DNA of 64,000 nucleotides from Gemmatimonadaceae bacterium. Lineage in GTDB: Bacteria > Gemmatimonadota > Gemmatimonadetes > Gemmatimonadales > Gemmatimonadaceae. Positions 49,401 to 58,984 of this stretch are shown piece after piece (the stretch's first letter is position 1; the number at the start of each line of letters is the position of its first letter). The stretch is from contig JBGAJQ010000004.1 of the NCBI GenBank assembly GCA_044224875.1, forward strand, positions 79,226 to 143,225, given 5' to 3'. The position numbers were made by a program, and so were the translations under genes. The notes beneath the pieces are model-generated. The model had not been told where the DNA came from, did no database searches, and saw only the letters and a list, made by a program, of their open reading frames with translations.

Positions 49401-49505
49401 CGTGATCGTCGCTGTCTGCGCTGCGCCGAACGTTGGCCACATCGCGACTGCGACTATGGCCGTGCGCACGGAATGGACACGCGAAAGCACTGGCACCTCC
49501 ATCAT
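46452..49505 (-). CDS. SusC/RagA-family TonB-linked outer-membrane transporter
   Basis: CarboxypepD-like N-domain, LSEVVVTG, IRIRG, DLNPDEIESVEVVKGPAAATLYG, GNENLKPE; terminal F. Confidence 0.93.
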   Translation of the reverse strand: MMEVPVLSRVHSVRTAIVAVAMWPTFGAAQTATITGKVTDASTKAPLAEVRVAIAGTALATQTNAAGDYRLTNVRPGRVTMQTFRLGYKAAGDTLRAVAGQTHTVNFSLTQSLVSLSEVVVTGTAGNQERRAQSAQVASLTVPQLVKEAPVKNVGELLQSRIPSVAVSANSGVIGTAKTIRIRGAASINLSNQPLLFIDGVRINEGAINGNVSGQSYDRMNDLNPDEIESVEVVKGPAAATLYGADASAGVIQIITKKGRPGANRFQQSLRAEFGTVDQNFYPDDSYGICTAALVAATSTNPLCRGQAVGTLVHDNVWRRYPVVDTGHDLTLSWNGRGGGQSFGYNLSAGATKADGTLPNNANDKYNVRTNFNFVPDSRLTVDIGLGLAQNKTRLPNLDNSLYGWIAGALLGSPLTRSDNPANSADGWFGFNRHSNAIKSIQNQLLTHRVTSNITATYLPYSWFNNRVTVGTDYAADEQFEFNPRNDSTWYGGQTDLGRMNRQARGAERYTFDYLGNAKKLFGARQQWETNLSAGLQVVSTRNTLTNSLGIGFVTNANNSVTSAATTTGGSQQTQQKQFGYLSQLQVGWENRLFLQAAVRVDKNSAFGGNAPSFVLPKFGASWTVSDEPFFKGLTDKVNSLRLRAAWGTTGRSPAPGAALNILAAAPYNIVGTTLNGANPGNPGNENLKPERGTEYEVGMDAGFWNDRISTELTFYKKVTKDLIIAKPIAPSLGYTQLGTLANPLQNIGTVENSGFEVGVNAALVQLRNVGWDLRLAANTLHNELTDLGGVAAFAPGGSFSHTRAMLGQQLGVYVSKKIQSIDETTGKVVVADTVSPIGNLYPTLEWNISNTFTIFRALRVTALVDAKRDFITDNFTDFYRETQLVRSSNRLDPTKLSRRERLRRYGNDTPGQPAFVTVSGAVATQNDVYEAWEQPGDFIRFRELSVTYNVPKRYLDKLWGLTQGATIQFGMQNLGLWTDYEGPDPEVVTDSGNFSRADFFTLPTPKRMLLRFDLTF

Positions 49506-49776
49506 CGTTAGGGGAATGGGCGAAGGTGGTGGCCTGGTCTTCGCGGGCCTGGGGGGCCCGTGGGGCGAGGTTGTGCCGAGAACTTTCCGCCGCTGGTGAG
49601 CGATGTCAATGGCGAGCCGGCAACCCGCGCATCAGCGGCAATGGCGCAGGCTTCTTGACACGTCCATCGGTTGGCCGTAGGTCTGCCCAGATTGGAGAAT
49701 CAGGGCAGGCGTTCGCGAGAACCACTGCCGGCGTACGGAAGGAGTCAGACGTCGGTTCACCCCCCATGGAGGAGCA

Positions 49777-52700
49777 ATGCGCACTCCACCCCGACCGCTC
49801 GTATCGCTTGCCGCAGTTCTGCTGATCGGCACAGGTCCAACGGCGAGTGCCCAGTCTGCGGGCTCCCAGCAAGCTCCGCCATGGGACGTCACCGCCGTTC
49901 GAGGCAAGCCGCGCACCATCAGCTTCACCACGGACGAGGGCACCTGGCTGTCTCCTGACGTTTCTCCCGACGGCCGGACGATCGCGTTCGACATGGTAGG
50001 GGATATCTGGACGGTGCCCATTGGGGGAGGCGAGGCCAAGGTCCTCACGCGCTCGAGCGGGATAGCGCTCAACATGCACCCGGTGTGGTCGCCCGATGGC
50101 TCAAGGATCGCGTTCATTTCAGACCGCGACGGACAGAACAACCTCTGGATCATGAACGCCGACGGCTCCAATCCAATCCGCGTGTCGAACCAACGCGAGA
50201 AGCGGATGGCGCTTCCGGCCTGGACACCGGACGGCAACTTCATCATCGCTCGGCTCGGTGGTGACTCGAATAATGACGGACGCGGCGACCTGTGGATGTG
50301 GCACGTGGAGGGAGGGGCAGGCGTGCGCGTGACCCCGGAAACGGTCAACGCCTCGTGGCCCGAGGTCTCACCTGACGGCCGCTACATCTACTACGAGGAA
50401 ATTGTCAACATCCCGGGTGATCGAAACCCTGCACGCGGGCTCTATCAGCTCCGACGGCTCGATCGGCAGACCGGCCAGACCCACGAGGTGACGAGTGGTG
50501 TGGGACCGCTGCAGGACGGCGGAGGCGGACGTCGCTCCAGCGGCGGATCGATCGCTCCTGCGATTTCACCCGACGGGCGGTGGCTCGCCTTTGCGCGGCG
50601 CATTGGCGATGGCACACAGCTCATCAAGGGACATGAGTATGGTCCGCGGACGGCGCTATGGCTGCGCGACTTGCAAACAGGCGCCGAGCGAATCGTCATG
50701 GATCCGATTACGCCCGACGTTCAGGAGCGAAACAATGCCGGCGCGCTGCCGCGACACAGCTGGATGCCCGACAGCAAGTCGATCGTTCTTACCGAAGGCG
50801 GGAAACTTCGGCGCGTTGATGTTGCCTCCGGCGCGGTCACGACCATTCCGTTTACCGCGCGTGTCGACAAGGTCATCAGCGAGAGGGTCTACCACCCCAT
50901 TCGAGTGGCTGACGGCCAGCTCGATGTTCGCATGATGCGCTATCACACGGTGTCACCCGATGGAAAGACGCTGGCGTTTGTGGGCGTCGACAAGATCTGG
51001 TTGATGGAGCTGCCTAACGGGACCCCTCGTCGCTTGACGGGGCCAACCTTCGGGGGGCATGAGTACGCGCCGGCCTGGTCACCCGATGGCGGTGCGATTG
51101 CGTTCACCACGTGGTCGGACTCGACCTACGGCAGCGTGTGGAAGGTCGCCAGGAACGGTGGCACACCCCAACGCTTGTCACAGCTGCCGGGGATGTATGC
51201 GAGCACCGTCTGGTCACCGGATGGCCAGCGCGTGTTGGCGGCACGCGGCTCGGGTGAGATGTTGCGCGGCCGGCTGCCGTCGGACGAGATCTCCTTCGCC
51301 GTGGAGTCCTTCCCGGCCACTGGGGGTGCGGCCCAGGCAATCGTCGAAGTGGCCAGCCGGGGAGGGAAGATCGTCAGCCCCAAGTTCGGGCCTGATGGGC
51401 GGATCTTCTACCTCGAGAGCCCGCCGCCAAGTCAGGGCGGCGGCGGCTTCGGAGGCGGCGGGAATATCCTGAAGTCCGTTCGACCTGACGGGTCCGACGT
51501 TCGTTCGCACCTGGTCCTCGAGGCCGTCGACGAGGCAGCCCCGTCCCCCGACGGGAAGTGGCTCGCCTACCAGCGGGGCGACAACGTCTACCTTGCCGCG
51601 CTCCCCTGGCCCGGCATGGCCGGTGACGCCGTGCGGATGACCGTGACCAATCCGCCGATCACTTCCAGTCGCTTGAGCATGGACGGCGGTGACTTTCCGA
51701 ACTGGACCGCCGCCAACGTCCTCGAGTGGGGGAGCGCCAACCACTACTTCCGCTATCGAACGGACACCAAGGCAATCGACTCCATCGATATCACGCTGCG
51801 GGTTCCGCGAGCCAGAGGGCAGGGGACCCTCGCCCTCACTGGCGCCCGGATCATCACCATGGAAGGCGATCGCGTGATTGCGACGGGCGACATCGTGATT
51901 CAGGACGGTCGCATCGTCGCCGTCGGTCCCAGTGGGCAGGTGAGCATCCCGGGCTCCACTCGACGGGTCGACCTGTCGGGCAAGACGATCATCCCCGGAC
52001 TCATCGACGCGCACAAGCACGCCTCACGCGAAACACGCGATATCCACGCCGAGCAGAGTTGGGAGATGGCGTCGAACCTGGCGTTTGGCGTGACCACCGG
52101 ACTGGAGCCGTCGGGAACGCCGGAAGTGATCTTCGTGATGGCGGAGGATATCGAGGCCGGGACGCAGCTCGGCCCTCGCATGTACAGCACCGGTCCATCA
52201 CTCTCGACAGGCACAACAACACGCAAGGGAATCATTGAAACCCTGGCGGATGCCAAGCACGAAGTCGCGCGATTGAAGAGCTATGGGGCCAGGTCGATCA
52301 AGCAGTACCAGCAGCGCCGTCGCGACCAGCGGCAGAAGACCGTTGAGGCTGCCCGTGAGGCGGGATTGATGGTCACGTGCGAGGGTGACGCCGACCACCT
52401 GGAATACATAGCGATTGCGATGGACGGACATACCGGGTGCGAGCACCCGATCCTGACGCTCCCGCTCTACGAAGACGTAGCGCAGTTCCTTGGCCAGGCC
52501 GAATTCTTCTACTCTCCGACACTAAACGTCGGCGGACCTGCACCGTGGGGGGAGGATTTCTTCTATCAGGAAGCGGACCTGTGGAAGAATCCAAAACTGC
52601 AGCGATTCATTCCATGGCGCTGGCTCTATCCGCACACGCAACGACGCACGCTCCGACCAGCGTACACGTATCCGTTCCCGCTCATTGCGCAGGGCGTGGC

Positions 52701-53085
52701 CGACGTCGTGGCAGCTGGCGGATTCGGCACCATCGGCGCCCATGGCCAGCTACAAGGAATTGACTCGCACTTTGAGCTGTGGCAGATGGCCAGCGCCATG
52801 ACGCCAATGCAGGCCTTGCGGACCGCCACGATCTTCCCCGCCAAGTTCATTGGCATCGATCAGGATGTGGGATCGATTGTTGTCGGAAAGTTTGCGGACC
52901 TGCTCGTGCTCAACAGCGACCCGCTCGCCAACATTCGCAATTCAACCGACATCCAGTACGTGATGAAGGCTGGTGCCATGTACGATGGCAATACGCTCGA
53001 TCAAGTATGGCCGAATACACGGAAGTTCCGCGGCTTCTACTGGACCATGGAAGGCGTACAGACGACCCAACCAACCAGGCAATAG
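49777..53085 (+). CDS. Secreted amidohydrolase with N-terminal PD40/TolB-like propellers
   Basis: Many SPDG repeats; PGLIDAHKH; GAHGQLQG; GKFADLLVL. Confidence 0.9.
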   Translation: MRTPPRPLVSLAAVLLIGTGPTASAQSAGSQQAPPWDVTAVRGKPRTISFTTDEGTWLSPDVSPDGRTIAFDMVGDIWTVPIGGGEAKVLTRSSGIALNMHPVWSPDGSRIAFISDRDGQNNLWIMNADGSNPIRVSNQREKRMALPAWTPDGNFIIARLGGDSNNDGRGDLWMWHVEGGAGVRVTPETVNASWPEVSPDGRYIYYEEIVNIPGDRNPARGLYQLRRLDRQTGQTHEVTSGVGPLQDGGGGRRSSGGSIAPAISPDGRWLAFARRIGDGTQLIKGHEYGPRTALWLRDLQTGAERIVMDPITPDVQERNNAGALPRHSWMPDSKSIVLTEGGKLRRVDVASGAVTTIPFTARVDKVISERVYHPIRVADGQLDVRMMRYHTVSPDGKTLAFVGVDKIWLMELPNGTPRRLTGPTFGGHEYAPAWSPDGGAIAFTTWSDSTYGSVWKVARNGGTPQRLSQLPGMYASTVWSPDGQRVLAARGSGEMLRGRLPSDEISFAVESFPATGGAAQAIVEVASRGGKIVSPKFGPDGRIFYLESPPPSQGGGGFGGGGNILKSVRPDGSDVRSHLVLEAVDEAAPSPDGKWLAYQRGDNVYLAALPWPGMAGDAVRMTVTNPPITSSRLSMDGGDFPNWTAANVLEWGSANHYFRYRTDTKAIDSIDITLRVPRARGQGTLALTGARIITMEGDRVIATGDIVIQDGRIVAVGPSGQVSIPGSTRRVDLSGKTIIPGLIDAHKHASRETRDIHAEQSWEMASNLAFGVTTGLEPSGTPEVIFVMAEDIEAGTQLGPRMYSTGPSLSTGTTTRKGIIETLADAKHEVARLKSYGARSIKQYQQRRRDQRQKTVEAAREAGLMVTCEGDADHLEYIAIAMDGHTGCEHPILTLPLYEDVAQFLGQAEFFYSPTLNVGGPAPWGEDFFYQEADLWKNPKLQRFIPWRWLYPHTQRRTLRPAYTYPFPLIAQGVADVVAAGGFGTIGAHGQLQGIDSHFELWQMASAMTPMQALRTATIFPAKFIGIDQDVGSIVVGKFADLLVLNSDPLANIRNSTDIQYVMKAGAMYDGNTLDQVWPNTRKFRGFYWTMEGVQTTQPTRQ

Positions 53086-53352
53086 CGCGCGCAGGGCCTT
53101 GGGGTAGTTGAGGTACCTGACGGTTGCACAAGACCGCATAGGCGCCAGTGTTCGAACGTGAGCGCTTGGGCATGGATCGCGAAACTTCACCGGTCCGCCA
53201 TTGATGAGGGGTCCGTCACCTATCAGAGATCGTCGCCGTTTGCGATGACCTCCCCGAGAAACCAAAGGGAGGTGTCCGTCCAACTGATCGAAGGTCGAGA
53301 CGAGAACGGTTGGATCGCCGTTCACTGATGACCGACCAAGATCGGAGGGCGG

Positions 53353-55251
53353 ATGGCCGACAACTGGTGGGATAGTCTGTTGCAGGCGCTCAAGTCCAAG
53401 GCAGAATTGGCTGCCGCGGCGATGCTCACCGGCTCAGTCGCGTTGTTTCAATGGTTCCTCTCGATCTTCTTCGAGCGCTCCGGATCACGCGAGGCATTGG
53501 GGATTCCCCTCGATCGTCTGCTGGTGCTCTTCGTGGCGATGTATGCGTCGGTGCCGCTCCTTCTGCTTTCGTACCTCTTTGTGGCGCGCGACGAAAGGCT
53601 GCCGTGGTCTAAGCTGCTTGCCGCGTTGGGACTCACGTCCCTGGTTGCGCTCTTGAGTGAGTCGTTCTGGGGGATCGGGCCACAGATCGTACTCGCGAGT
53701 GGTCTGCTCATCGGCGCCGCACAGCTTATTTGCCAAGGTGCGCTCCCAACGATCAGGTCCGCGACTGGCAGCTCCAACGTATCGCTGCGGCTGATTGATG
53801 TCCTGATTCTCGTCCTGGTCGCCGTGGGCATGTCGGCGCTGGTCCTGTGGGGCGACGTATCCGCACATCTCGGCCTCTTCGTCGCCGCAGTCCTCGGTAT
53901 CGGAGCATCACTCGCCTTTGTACGGCCGAGCCTGGTGCCGCGAACGCTGGTTCGCAACGCAGAGCTTCGCGAGGATGCTTTGAAGAAGGTCAACGCCGCA
54001 GCTCCAAGCGCCGAGGCGCTCATGGCGTCGGGCGACATCCGACGTGTCGCCTTCCGACTAGCGATGCTCGGCGTGGCGATCTTCGGGTTCGTGCTCGTTC
54101 AGCACGCCGGCGACGCCGAGCGCGTGAAGCACCTGTTTCGTGGTTGCGAAGGCTTGCCGCGATCGGCGATGGCGGACTGGGAGCATCTCGCGGACTCGTC
54201 GCAAAACCTGTGCTGGTACGCCCGACTTCGCGACTCGTTGACCGAGAGTGGCATTCTCGACTCCCTGGAAATGGCCACAGCAGGTAGCGCCCGCGTCAAC
54301 AGGGTGCTCGCCATCGTCGACGCCATGCGAAACAGGGAGGAGGGCGCGGCCGAGGCGGACCGAGAACGAGTGCGCAGCCTGCTGGCGCAACGAACGTCGT
54401 ATCGGCCAGCGCCCAGGCCCACTCTCACGTTCGCTGCCGGCCCGGACCTAGCACTCGTCGGTCGAGCTCGCGACGCGTGCGCTATCAAGGGTGCCATGAT
54501 CGACCGGCTGGTGCTGGACACCCTACGGCTGCAACTCCCATCGGCGAATGACTCAACGACCTTGCGCAAGGCGAAAGTCGACTCGGTCAACACGCTCAAA
54601 GCAGTCACGTCCATCTGCTCAACGATCGTGGTCAGGGAGAAAGAGCTCATGGCCTACGCACATATGGCCGGCTCGCGGGGTCTTGCGAACTTCGCCACTT
54701 GGCTGCGTGAGGAATGGGCCTCGCAGCTGAATGCGTACCGAGCGGCATTGCTGCTCTCGTACGTGCTCGCTGGGATGCTCGTCCTGCTCTCCATCCTCGT
54801 CACCAAGTCGGAAAGCGCCGGAGACGCATCAGCACCTAATGTGCCCCCACCGACCGATGTGCTCAAGGAGCATCAGGCCGCCTGGCTACCGTCGCTGCTC
54901 CTCGTGGCCACACTGATTGGTCCGCTGCTGCCGGCCTTTCGCCCGGAATACGCGCCGATCGACGCCCCGGCATCGATCTTCCGCTTTCCGCAGTGGACAG
55001 TCGTCGCTGCATCGGCTACACCGAACCCGGCGCGGCCCCGAGTGCCCGGGGATTCGCTCGGCGAAATGGGGAGCCCACTGGAACCGACGCGGAAAGACAC
55101 CACTGGCGCGGAGTCGGACAGTGCCGCATTCGCGCGGATCTTCGACGCGCTTGGAATCCTTCACGCGGACGTTCATGGCCTGAGTACGTCGGCCGAGACG
55201 TTGTCGACTGCAGTGAAGAACCAGCCACCTGGCCGGGACTTCTGGAAATGA
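53353..55251 (+). CDS. Hypothetical multi-TM membrane protein
   Basis: About 7 N-terminal and 2 C-terminal hydrophobic segments around a helical soluble domain; RBS GGAGG. Confidence 0.7.
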   Translation: MADNWWDSLLQALKSKAELAAAAMLTGSVALFQWFLSIFFERSGSREALGIPLDRLLVLFVAMYASVPLLLLSYLFVARDERLPWSKLLAALGLTSLVALLSESFWGIGPQIVLASGLLIGAAQLICQGALPTIRSATGSSNVSLRLIDVLILVLVAVGMSALVLWGDVSAHLGLFVAAVLGIGASLAFVRPSLVPRTLVRNAELREDALKKVNAAAPSAEALMASGDIRRVAFRLAMLGVAIFGFVLVQHAGDAERVKHLFRGCEGLPRSAMADWEHLADSSQNLCWYARLRDSLTESGILDSLEMATAGSARVNRVLAIVDAMRNREEGAAEADRERVRSLLAQRTSYRPAPRPTLTFAAGPDLALVGRARDACAIKGAMIDRLVLDTLRLQLPSANDSTTLRKAKVDSVNTLKAVTSICSTIVVREKELMAYAHMAGSRGLANFATWLREEWASQLNAYRAALLLSYVLAGMLVLLSILVTKSESAGDASAPNVPPPTDVLKEHQAAWLPSLLLVATLIGPLLPAFRPEYAPIDAPASIFRFPQWTVVAASATPNPARPRVPGDSLGEMGSPLEPTRKDTTGAESDSAAFARIFDALGILHADVHGLSTSAETLSTAVKNQPPGRDFWK

Positions 55252-56108
55252 GGCGCGTTCTCCTATTCGGGATCGGTTGGTTAGGCGCCGCCACGGTGGT
55301 GCCAGCGACTCTCGTCGCGCAAGGCGGTGCAAGTGGCACGACAGGCAATCCGAACAGGCCCTCCCGTGTGCTCGCATGGACTCCCATGGCGAATGAACTG
55401 GTCACCTCATGGAACTCCCTTGGGATCGCCGCCGGCCGCGCCGCTCAGTCCTACGATCGCTCGCTCCGCATTGGTGGGTCCGCCGCCTTCACTGTGGACA
55501 CGATCGAAACTTGGGCGCGCGTCGCCAACCAGCAGCTCGAAGCGCTGATCGAGGAAGTTGACCGAACTAGTGCATTGAAGGCGTTCATTCCCGAGCTCCG
55601 GCGTCTCGCCGTTGCCCCAATGCTGGATACCGGCGGTGCGATCAGCCTGCGACGAACGAGCCTCGTTAGGTATTGCCCTCTAGCGAACGGACGTCCGGCG
55701 ACCCTCAGTGAAGTGACTCGGCGCGCCATCTCGATTGTTTGCGTGGAGCAGGCCGTGGCGAGCGGAGTTGCGGAGTTGAAGTCCGAGCTACGCGATGTCC
55801 TCAGCCGAGCGAGCATCGCCAACATCACGGAGCTGGTTGCGTCGGCACCCAGACCGGAATCCACGGCGATCGACGCCGTGCGCACGTCGCTCCAGAAGTT
55901 GACAACTGTCGTCGGACGCATCGACACCGCCGTCGAGCGAATCGACACGCTCCTCAACCGGCACGCTCCGGCGGAATCCACCACGGTCACCATCCATATC
56001 ATACGTGCCGATTCAGTACACCGCGCATCGGATCGTCGCCGACTCATTGTCAGCGCTGCGCTCAGTGCGTTAGGCGGATTTGCACTCCGCGCGGCGTTGC
56101 GGCCGTAA
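55248..56108 (+). CDS. Hypothetical exported helical protein with C-terminal TM anchor
   Basis: ATGA overlap with the previous stop; signal peptide MRRVLLFGIG; C-terminal LIVSAALSALGGFAL. Confidence 0.65.
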   Translation: MRRVLLFGIGWLGAATVVPATLVAQGGASGTTGNPNRPSRVLAWTPMANELVTSWNSLGIAAGRAAQSYDRSLRIGGSAAFTVDTIETWARVANQQLEALIEEVDRTSALKAFIPELRRLAVAPMLDTGGAISLRRTSLVRYCPLANGRPATLSEVTRRAISIVCVEQAVASGVAELKSELRDVLSRASIANITELVASAPRPESTAIDAVRTSLQKLTTVVGRIDTAVERIDTLLNRHAPAESTTVTIHIIRADSVHRASDRRRLIVSAALSALGGFALRAALRP

Positions 56109-56171
56109 GGCGATTCACCCACGTACGAGTCAGTGCTCCGGAAAACTTCATCCCACGACGGGGAGCTCATC

Positions 56172-56504
56172 ATGCCCAAGCCAGCACCAATCGTGCTCGA
56201 TCCAACTGTCCCGGTGACGATCACCGTCGACTTCCAAAGCTTGCACCACGCGGCGTTTCGACTCTTCACCGTGGCCGGTGCTTCACAGAAGCCACAACTC
56301 CTCAAGCTGGGTTCTGCTGACACCACATTCTCCGTTTCACCAGTACGGCTCAAGAAGGGCCTGTTGTGGGAGTTCGCCTTCTTCAAGGAGAGCGCCCCCT
56401 TTCAGGCGGCACTAGTCTTTCGTCAGAAGGGAGATCCGCATTTGGTGAGCATCACGGCCAAGGGCGACGAGTTGTTGACCCAGGGCGAGGTGGCGTTCGC
56501 GTGA
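56172..56504 (+). CDS. Small hypothetical beta-rich protein
   Basis: RBS GGGAG, ATG at 56172; GTGA overlap with the next gene. Confidence 0.6.
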   Translation: MPKPAPIVLDPTVPVTITVDFQSLHHAAFRLFTVAGASQKPQLLKLGSADTTFSVSPVRLKKGLLWEFAFFKESAPFQAALVFRQKGDPHLVSITAKGDELLTQGEVAFA

Positions 56505-57610
56505 TCACCGCAGCCGCATGCCATCGTGCGACGCTGTCCCTGCTCGCGGCGCTCGGGCTGGTCAGCGCCAGCCGCTCCGAGGCGCAAGGTGACACCATCA
56601 GCTTGACGCGCTTGGTGCAGTTCACGGTACCTGCGACCCCGGCGCTCACTTTCATCGGCGCGTCCACCGAGAAGATCAGCCGTCCCACCGCCCCCAAGGA
56701 CTTCGCGGCACTCCTCTCCAACGCGATTGACGAGTCCGGCCGTGTTATCCAGGGGTTGGCCGTCGAGCTCTCGCCGAAGAAGCTGCTGATCCCACGGATG
56801 GATGCGGAGGGATATCGCCGGCGCGCCGGCTTCATCACGGCGAATACCGCCATCTCCGTAGGAACGATCAAGGCGACGGGTGACAGTAGTTCGACCAACC
56901 TGGGAATTGGACTCCGTTCGACGATACTCGATCGTTCCGATCCGATGACCGCAGACGGATCGGCGACGGTGTTGGCCGCGCTTCAGCGGTGCGCCGGGGG
57001 TGCGCCGGTGCCAAGGACGGGACCAGAGCGCGCGCGGTTCATCTCGTGTCTTGCGAGCGCGGATAGCGCCTTTCGGGCCGACTTCCGGCGGGACCACTGG
57101 AACGACTGGGGCCTAACGATTGGGATTGCGACTGGCATGCAATTGGCCGATTCCGAATGGGGTCGAGGACGCCGGATGGGGTGGGCGGCCAACGGCGTGC
57201 TTGCGGCCCCGCTGTGCCTCTCGGCGGGGAGCGCGGGACTCTGCGGCCATGGTCAGTGGCTCGTCCAGGTCGGTTACGAGCAGCGCGATTCGATTGTCGG
57301 CGCTCCCAAGAACGCTGAAGCCGTCGTCGTCGGCGCGCGCAGCATCATCGGAAGCGACACGTTTGGCTTCTTTGCGGAGATCCTGTGGGCCCGCGATCGA
57401 GGCAAGTCATCCGCCAGCGGGGGGAACGGGAGGGACTGGTCGACCGGAATCGAATTCCGTGTGAGCGACGAGCTCTGGGCGACAACGGGTGTCGGTGCAC
57501 GCTACAGCGAATTGTTGGGGAAGGAGAAGGCGGTTCTCATCGCGGGGCTTCGAGCGAGCTTGCTTGGTCAACGAAAGCTCGGGGCGATGGCGCCGGGTCG
57601 CGGCGGGTAG
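56501..57610 (+). CDS. Hypothetical exported protein, possible outer-membrane beta-barrel
   Basis: Signal peptide; VPATPA..IG....ISRPTAPKDF; amphipathic strands (WSTGIEFRVSDELWATTGVG). Confidence 0.7.
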   Translation: MITAAACHRATLSLLAALGLVSASRSEAQGDTISLTRLVQFTVPATPALTFIGASTEKISRPTAPKDFAALLSNAIDESGRVIQGLAVELSPKKLLIPRMDAEGYRRRAGFITANTAISVGTIKATGDSSSTNLGIGLRSTILDRSDPMTADGSATVLAALQRCAGGAPVPRTGPERARFISCLASADSAFRADFRRDHWNDWGLTIGIATGMQLADSEWGRGRRMGWAANGVLAAPLCLSAGSAGLCGHGQWLVQVGYEQRDSIVGAPKNAEAVVVGARSIIGSDTFGFFAEILWARDRGKSSASGGNGRDWSTGIEFRVSDELWATTGVGARYSELLGKEKAVLIAGLRASLLGQRKLGAMAPGRGG

Positions 57611-57984
57611 GACACACTGTAACCGAGGCGGCGCGGCGCCGGCATTGGCTTCGTCGACAGGGCGACCGCATGGGAACCTTCGCTTCGGAGGACCAACGAC
57701 CTCAATCCTCGCGTGATGGCGACGTGGTACGCTCGTGCGCGAAAGTCGCCAGACCTCAATGGTACCGGAGCGTTAAGGTTAGCACGCGTTCATCTGCAGG
57801 CCGAGTGACCGCCTATCGTCGGTCAAACCCGCATAGAAGGCGCGCAGGTTGACCTACTGCGCGAAGCGGTTACAGGTGACAGATATTCGTTAGGCCAGAC
57901 CTGGTGTGGTCACCTTCGCGGGCGAGGAGGGGATGGCGTGGCAGGGCCGACGCCCGCGGTGGGCCCCGGAGGGAAGGGGGACAT

Positions 57985-58899
57985 ATGCGTCGGGCCATAT
58001 CTTGCAACCAGCCGCGAACAGAGACCGCCAGCCACTGGCGCCCGGCGGCCGTCATTGTTCCGACATTGCTCAGCCTGTTTGGATGTATCGATCCAGTGGC
58101 GCCGAACCCCGCAGCGGAATTGATCGACGCTGTCGCCGCCATCATTCCGACGAAGCCGTACACAGTTACCTACAACCTGCCCTACGGAAACGGGCAGACG
58201 CTTGACCTGTACATTCCGGTGGGCGTGTCAGCGCCCGCCACGGTCCTGTACGTTCCTGGCGGATCCAAGCCCAGCACCTATGTGCAGGGGACGCCGGTCA
58301 TGTATGCCATCGACAGCGGCTTGGCCATCGTCAGCATCAACTATCGCCGGTGGAGTAGCACCTCGGTCGACACTACGATGGCGGACATCAAGGCGGCGAT
58401 GCGCTACGTACGCCGAAATGCCCGGATCCTCAAGGTTGACTCCACGTGCGTTGCGGTGTGGGGCTCGAGCGCAGGCGCGTTCGTCGCCAGCTTGAACGCA
58501 CTGACGTGTCGAGATCCCGTCTTCGGAAAGGGGACCTTGTCGGAGTGCCCCAATGCGACGGTCGTCTATTTTTCCGATGAGGATCTCAGCAACCGGGATG
58601 CCGACTTAGTCGCCGTGGGCTGCTCACCGCGCCACAAGCCTTACCCTGGCGCGAAGTACGACCCAATTCGGTACGCAACGGCTGGCCGAATGATCGCACC
58701 CATGCGCTTCGAGCATGGGACGCGCGACTGCACGGTGAGTTACCTCCAGTCGGTCCGGATGGCTGAGGCACTGAGCGACCTTGGGTACGACGCGACGTAC
58801 GTGGTCTATCCCGACTTTGGGCACGGGATCGTACGCCCGGAGTGGTGTCAGCCGGACGTCTATGGTTCGACACTGGCGTGGATCAAGTCGAAGTGGTAA
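57985..58899 (+). CDS. Alpha/beta hydrolase (HSL/BD-FAE-like), possible lipoprotein
   Basis: LDLYIP, VSINYR, WGSSAG, HGTRDCTV, GHG. Confidence 0.8.
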   Translation: MRRAISCNQPRTETASHWRPAAVIVPTLLSLFGCIDPVAPNPAAELIDAVAAIIPTKPYTVTYNLPYGNGQTLDLYIPVGVSAPATVLYVPGGSKPSTYVQGTPVMYAIDSGLAIVSINYRRWSSTSVDTTMADIKAAMRYVRRNARILKVDSTCVAVWGSSAGAFVASLNALTCRDPVFGKGTLSECPNATVVYFSDEDLSNRDADLVAVGCSPRHKPYPGAKYDPIRYATAGRMIAPMRFEHGTRDCTVSYLQSVRMAEALSDLGYDATYVVYPDFGHGIVRPEWCQPDVYGSTLAWIKSKW

Positions 58900-58984
58900 C
58901 CAAGTGACGATAGAAGAACGAATCGGGGGCGGTACTCCTCAGGACGCGCTCAAACGTTCGCCCCGGCCGGGGTGTCCTACCGCC

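Noticed and set aside
53158..53328. 56-codon GTG ORF before the four-gene operon
   Set aside because: No RBS or motif; it could be a remnant but this is not supportable
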